A stretch of 64,000 nt of DNA from a virus (taxonomy: Duplodnaviria > Caudoviricetes): positions 32,001-96,000 of the IMG/VR virus record IMGVR_UViG_3300028048_000047. One strand, written 5' to 3'. This document shows positions 60,735-64,000 of this stretch, piece by piece (the stretch's first letter is position 1; every line of letters starts with the position of its first letter). The notes below the pieces were generated by a model that made no database searches, was not told the DNA's origin, and saw only the letters and a list, made by a program, of their open reading frames with translations. The translations under genes were made by a program, and so were the position numbers.

Positions 60735-62814
60735 ATGAATTATTGTAATGTTTGTGATAATTTTTTAGATAATGATGAGTATTTATCATGTAATTTTAAA
60801 AATTATTTAAAAATAAGTTTTAATATGGACGATTTATATAAAAATTGTCCTAAAAAAAATGGAGATGGATAATATGGTTAAAAAAATAAATAAATATACA
60901 CATGACTTTGTACACTTTATGAATAAACATGAAGGAAGTTTTACTATTAAATTAACCAATGGGGATGTATTCCACTTTGAAAAAGACGAATATAATTATG
61001 ATGAAAACTATTTATATATTAATAAAGAAAAATTGGAATATATGGTAAAATTAGATAATATTTGTACTTTAATTATTCATAAATGAAAGAAGGGATAATT
61101 TGAAACAATATAAAACTACTTTTAAATGTAGGTGTATGAATATTACTAATCATCATTGTTCTGGTGTAGAAGTAATGAGTGGTACATGGAAATGGCATAT
61201 CAGTTTAACACAATTAATTTATCCATATGGGTTACATAGAGTTTTATATAAGTTAAAGGATAATGATTTGAATAAAATTGATGAAGAATGGATTAAAGTT
61301 AAATATAGAAATAGTAATAGGTTACCTTTTTTATGAAAAATTTAAGTTATGGTGGAGATATAATGGAATTAAATGAAGCATTCATTAAATTAAATGAATT
61401 ACATTTGGAGTTTGGTAATTTGATTAATGAATTGGAAAAAGTTGATAATGGTGAGGATATGGATTATTATGATGATTTGACACAAGATATTCATTGGAAT
61501 AATGTTATGTTAAGTAATCGTTTGAAAAAAATGAAACATGAAAGAAGGTATCATTAATGGATATTAAAAAACAACAATTAGAAGATTATTATTACGATTT
61601 AGTTATGAATTGTCCTGTTGAAAAAGGAAAAGTATGGGATATTGAGTGTCATATTAGAGATATTGTTGAGGAAAAAGGTTATGATTTGATTAATTTTTGT
61701 AGTTTCCCTTTATTTATTAAAGGTAGATATATGGGGAATTATAATAGTATTAAAGGTTATTCCAAACAAATTAAATATTTGTTTCGTCAAATAATAGGTT
61801 GGGGATATGAATGTTATTATAGGAAAAATTATGAAAAATCATCTGAGTCATACATAATCTTTCCTAAAAATTTAATATATGAATTAGAAGATAATTTTAA
61901 AAAAAATCTTAAAAATTATAATGGGGTAGAATCAAATGAAATCGTGTAGGAATTGTTTATATGGTTCAAATAATGGGAATGTTTATGTTGTTTGTAAATA
62001 TTTTAATAAAGTAATTAATACGAAACATTTTAGTGGATGTTCCAGTTTTAAAGTGAGAAAAATAAAAAATGGTTAAATTATTGGAAAATGGGATGTGGTT
62101 TGAGTGGGTGATGTTGAGGCAATTGGATTATTATTGGAAGAATTAGTATTTGTTATGGAAGATATGAATAATCATAATGATTTATCTGATAGTAATTTTT
62201 TGTTTGGGTTGAATCTTTTAATGATGGTGATTAATGGATATGCTGAACAGGGTATTGACTTGGATATTCGAGATAAGCAGATTATGTATATGGATAATTT
62301 AATTAAAAATTATAAGTTGAAAATTAATAAAAAATATGATTATGATAAGGTTCATATATATCGTCAAAGACTTGATGAATGTACTTGTTTTGAGGAGTTA
62401 TATAATTTATGCGATGAGTTAATATATGGACAAGAATGTGAATTAAATAAGGAATTATTTACCATATCTCCAATTAAATGAATGGTGATGATTATGAAAT
62501 TGGAAACTATTTTATATTTGAATGAAGAAATATCTAAACTAAATGAATTACTTGAAATTCTCAAAAAAGATTATCTCAAACAAATAGATGATGATTTATG
62601 GACAATTGATTTAGAAACATATCCAGTATTCATAAATGGATATGATATTAAAATTGAATCAAAATCAAAATTAACCAAAAAGTATATAATAAGATTCTGT
62701 GAAGATTTTGGTGTAAGTCTAAAAAAATTTGAAGATAATAATGAAGAAAACAAGTATATATATGTCTTTGAGAAACAAAAAGACATTTTAAGTTCATTAA
62801 ACATATTATATTAA
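60735..62814 (+). CDS. Run of small hypothetical genes including 4-Cys microproteins 60735-60872 and 61936-62076
   Basis: Packed ORFs; two were read manually. Confidence 0.5.
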
Positions 62815-62837
62815 AGATTAAAGGAGGTTTTTTAAGT

Positions 62838-63578
62838 ATGTTTAAATTAGTATTAAGTGATACTACTATTATTAAAGAAGCATTTAATAGTATTAGTAAA
62901 ATAGTTGATGAAATAGCATGTATTGTTGATGAAGAAGGATTTAGAGTATCTGCAATGGATAGGAGTCATATATGTTTTGTACTTCTTAATTTAAAAGCAT
63001 CAGTATTTGATGAATTTAAATGTGATGTGCCTGAGAAAATATACATAGATACAAATGAATTTAACACAATCCTCAAAAGAATTAAAAAAAGTGATGTATT
63101 AAGTTTAAGTATTGACTCAAATGATTTAATTATTGATTTAGAAGGAGAATTTGATAGAAAATTTAAAATAAAATTAATTGCTATGGATTATGAAAGTCCT
63201 GTTCCTCCTACCGTTGAATTTCCTGCATCAATATCAGTACCAAGTAATATTGTTAATCAAGCAATTACTGATATGGAACTTTTTAGTGAGAAAACTCATT
63301 TTATAATTAATGATGAATACTTTTTCACAAAATCTGATGGGGAATTTGGAGATGCACACTTTAAATATTTGCATGGGGAATCTATTAATGGAAGTTACGA
63401 TTCTTGTTTTAGCATTCCTAAATTAAAAGATATTTTTTCTGCTTCAAAATTTAGTGATAATGTTACTGTAAATCTTGGTAACAGTATGCCATTAGGTTTA
63501 AACTTTGAACTAATCACAGGGGACGGTGAATTAAGTTATCTACTTGCACCAAGATTAGAAACTGAGGATGATGATTAA
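62838..63578 (+). CDS. pcn: DNA polymerase sliding clamp PCNA
   Basis: IVDE....GF...AMD.SHI..V.L.L...FDE, MPL.L.F, L.YLLAPR. Confidence 0.93.
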   Translation: MFKLVLSDTTIIKEAFNSISKIVDEIACIVDEEGFRVSAMDRSHICFVLLNLKASVFDEFKCDVPEKIYIDTNEFNTILKRIKKSDVLSLSIDSNDLIIDLEGEFDRKFKIKLIAMDYESPVPPTVEFPASISVPSNIVNQAITDMELFSEKTHFIINDEYFFTKSDGEFGDAHFKYLHGESINGSYDSCFSIPKLKDIFSASKFSDNVTVNLGNSMPLGLNFELITGDGELSYLLAPRLETEDDD

Positions 63579-63581
63579 TAA

Positions 63582-63866
63582 ATGTTGGAATTTATAGTAG
63601 GATTCATATTTGGAACTATTATTGGAATAAGTATTTATCATATTTTAAAACATAATATGAAAAAGTTTGAAGTTAAAAAAACAATGGAAAATATTCGTGA
63701 AGAGTTCCATGGATATTTTGAAGAATATGAATCTAATCAACATATTATTTGTCCCACTTGTGGAAATTTAATGAATTTGGATAAAAAAGTAATTGTTATT
63801 GAAAATGGTGATGTTATTAATTTAATTTATACTTGTCCATATTGCAGTACTCAAAAATGGATATAA
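63582..63866 (+). CDS. Membrane-anchored Zn-ribbon protein
   Basis: N-terminal TM segment; CPTCG...CPYC. Confidence 0.55.
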   Translation: MLEFIVGFIFGTIIGISIYHILKHNMKKFEVKKTMENIREEFHGYFEEYESNQHIICPTCGNLMNLDKKVIVIENGDVINLIYTCPYCSTQKWI

Positions 63867-64000
63867 ATTTTTTATTATATTGAAACCATCATCATTTGTT
63901 ATTATTATAATTTAAACATATGAGGATTTAATCAAAATGTTAGAGAAAGTTCCAATTAAAAAAACAGGTAATCCTGATGAAGGGTATGATGATATTGATG

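Noticed and set aside
2190-62804. Minus-strand and nested ORFs in the ORF track (e.g. 2190-2471, 19354-19821, 44991-45299, 59895-60245)
   Set aside because: Shadows of + strand genes: low complexity, no RBS, no recognisable motifs.
1-64000. tRNA/rRNA genes, integrase, transposases
   Set aside because: No GC-rich cloverleaf or rRNA-like segments and no recombinase/transposase motifs seen by eye; tRNAscan-SE was not run.

Overview
A 64-kb, very AT-rich segment of a large tailed (contractile-tail, myovirus-like) virus. The host is most likely a pseudomurein-walled methanogenic archaeon (Methanobacteriales, Methanobrevibacter-like). Evidence for this: archaeal BRE/TATA promoters, an archaeal PCNA and pseudomurein-binding repeats. 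Essentially all credible genes are on the + strand. 1-27.1 kb: baseplate module and an unusually large set of modular tail-fibre/adhesin genes. 27.1-30 kb: lysis module, with a two-catalytic-domain endolysin (glycoside-hydrolase-like TIM barrel + pseudomurein-binding repeats + C39-type peptidase) and small membrane proteins. 30-39 kb and 45.6-64 kb: short early/middle operons behind a conserved TATA promoter (MjaI-like endonuclease, ferredoxin, GNAT, nucleotidyltransferase, HNH, ERF, AP2-like proteins, thymidylate synthase, dCTP deaminase, PCNA). 39.9-45.5 kb: a DNA-modification island (queD-queE-N4C/N6A MTase-ParB-surE-TGT-like-queC-like-ParB-rubrerythrin). Non-coding signals: paired promoters enclosing short hairpin RNAs or micropeptides, two long rod-like hairpins, a twice-repeated 17-nt conserved-loop hairpin, apparent GATC/CTAG avoidance, and a saw-tooth G+T to A+C strand skew that flips at promoters. 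No integrase, tRNA, rRNA or CRISPR array was seen. All calls come from manual motif reading; no database searches were run.
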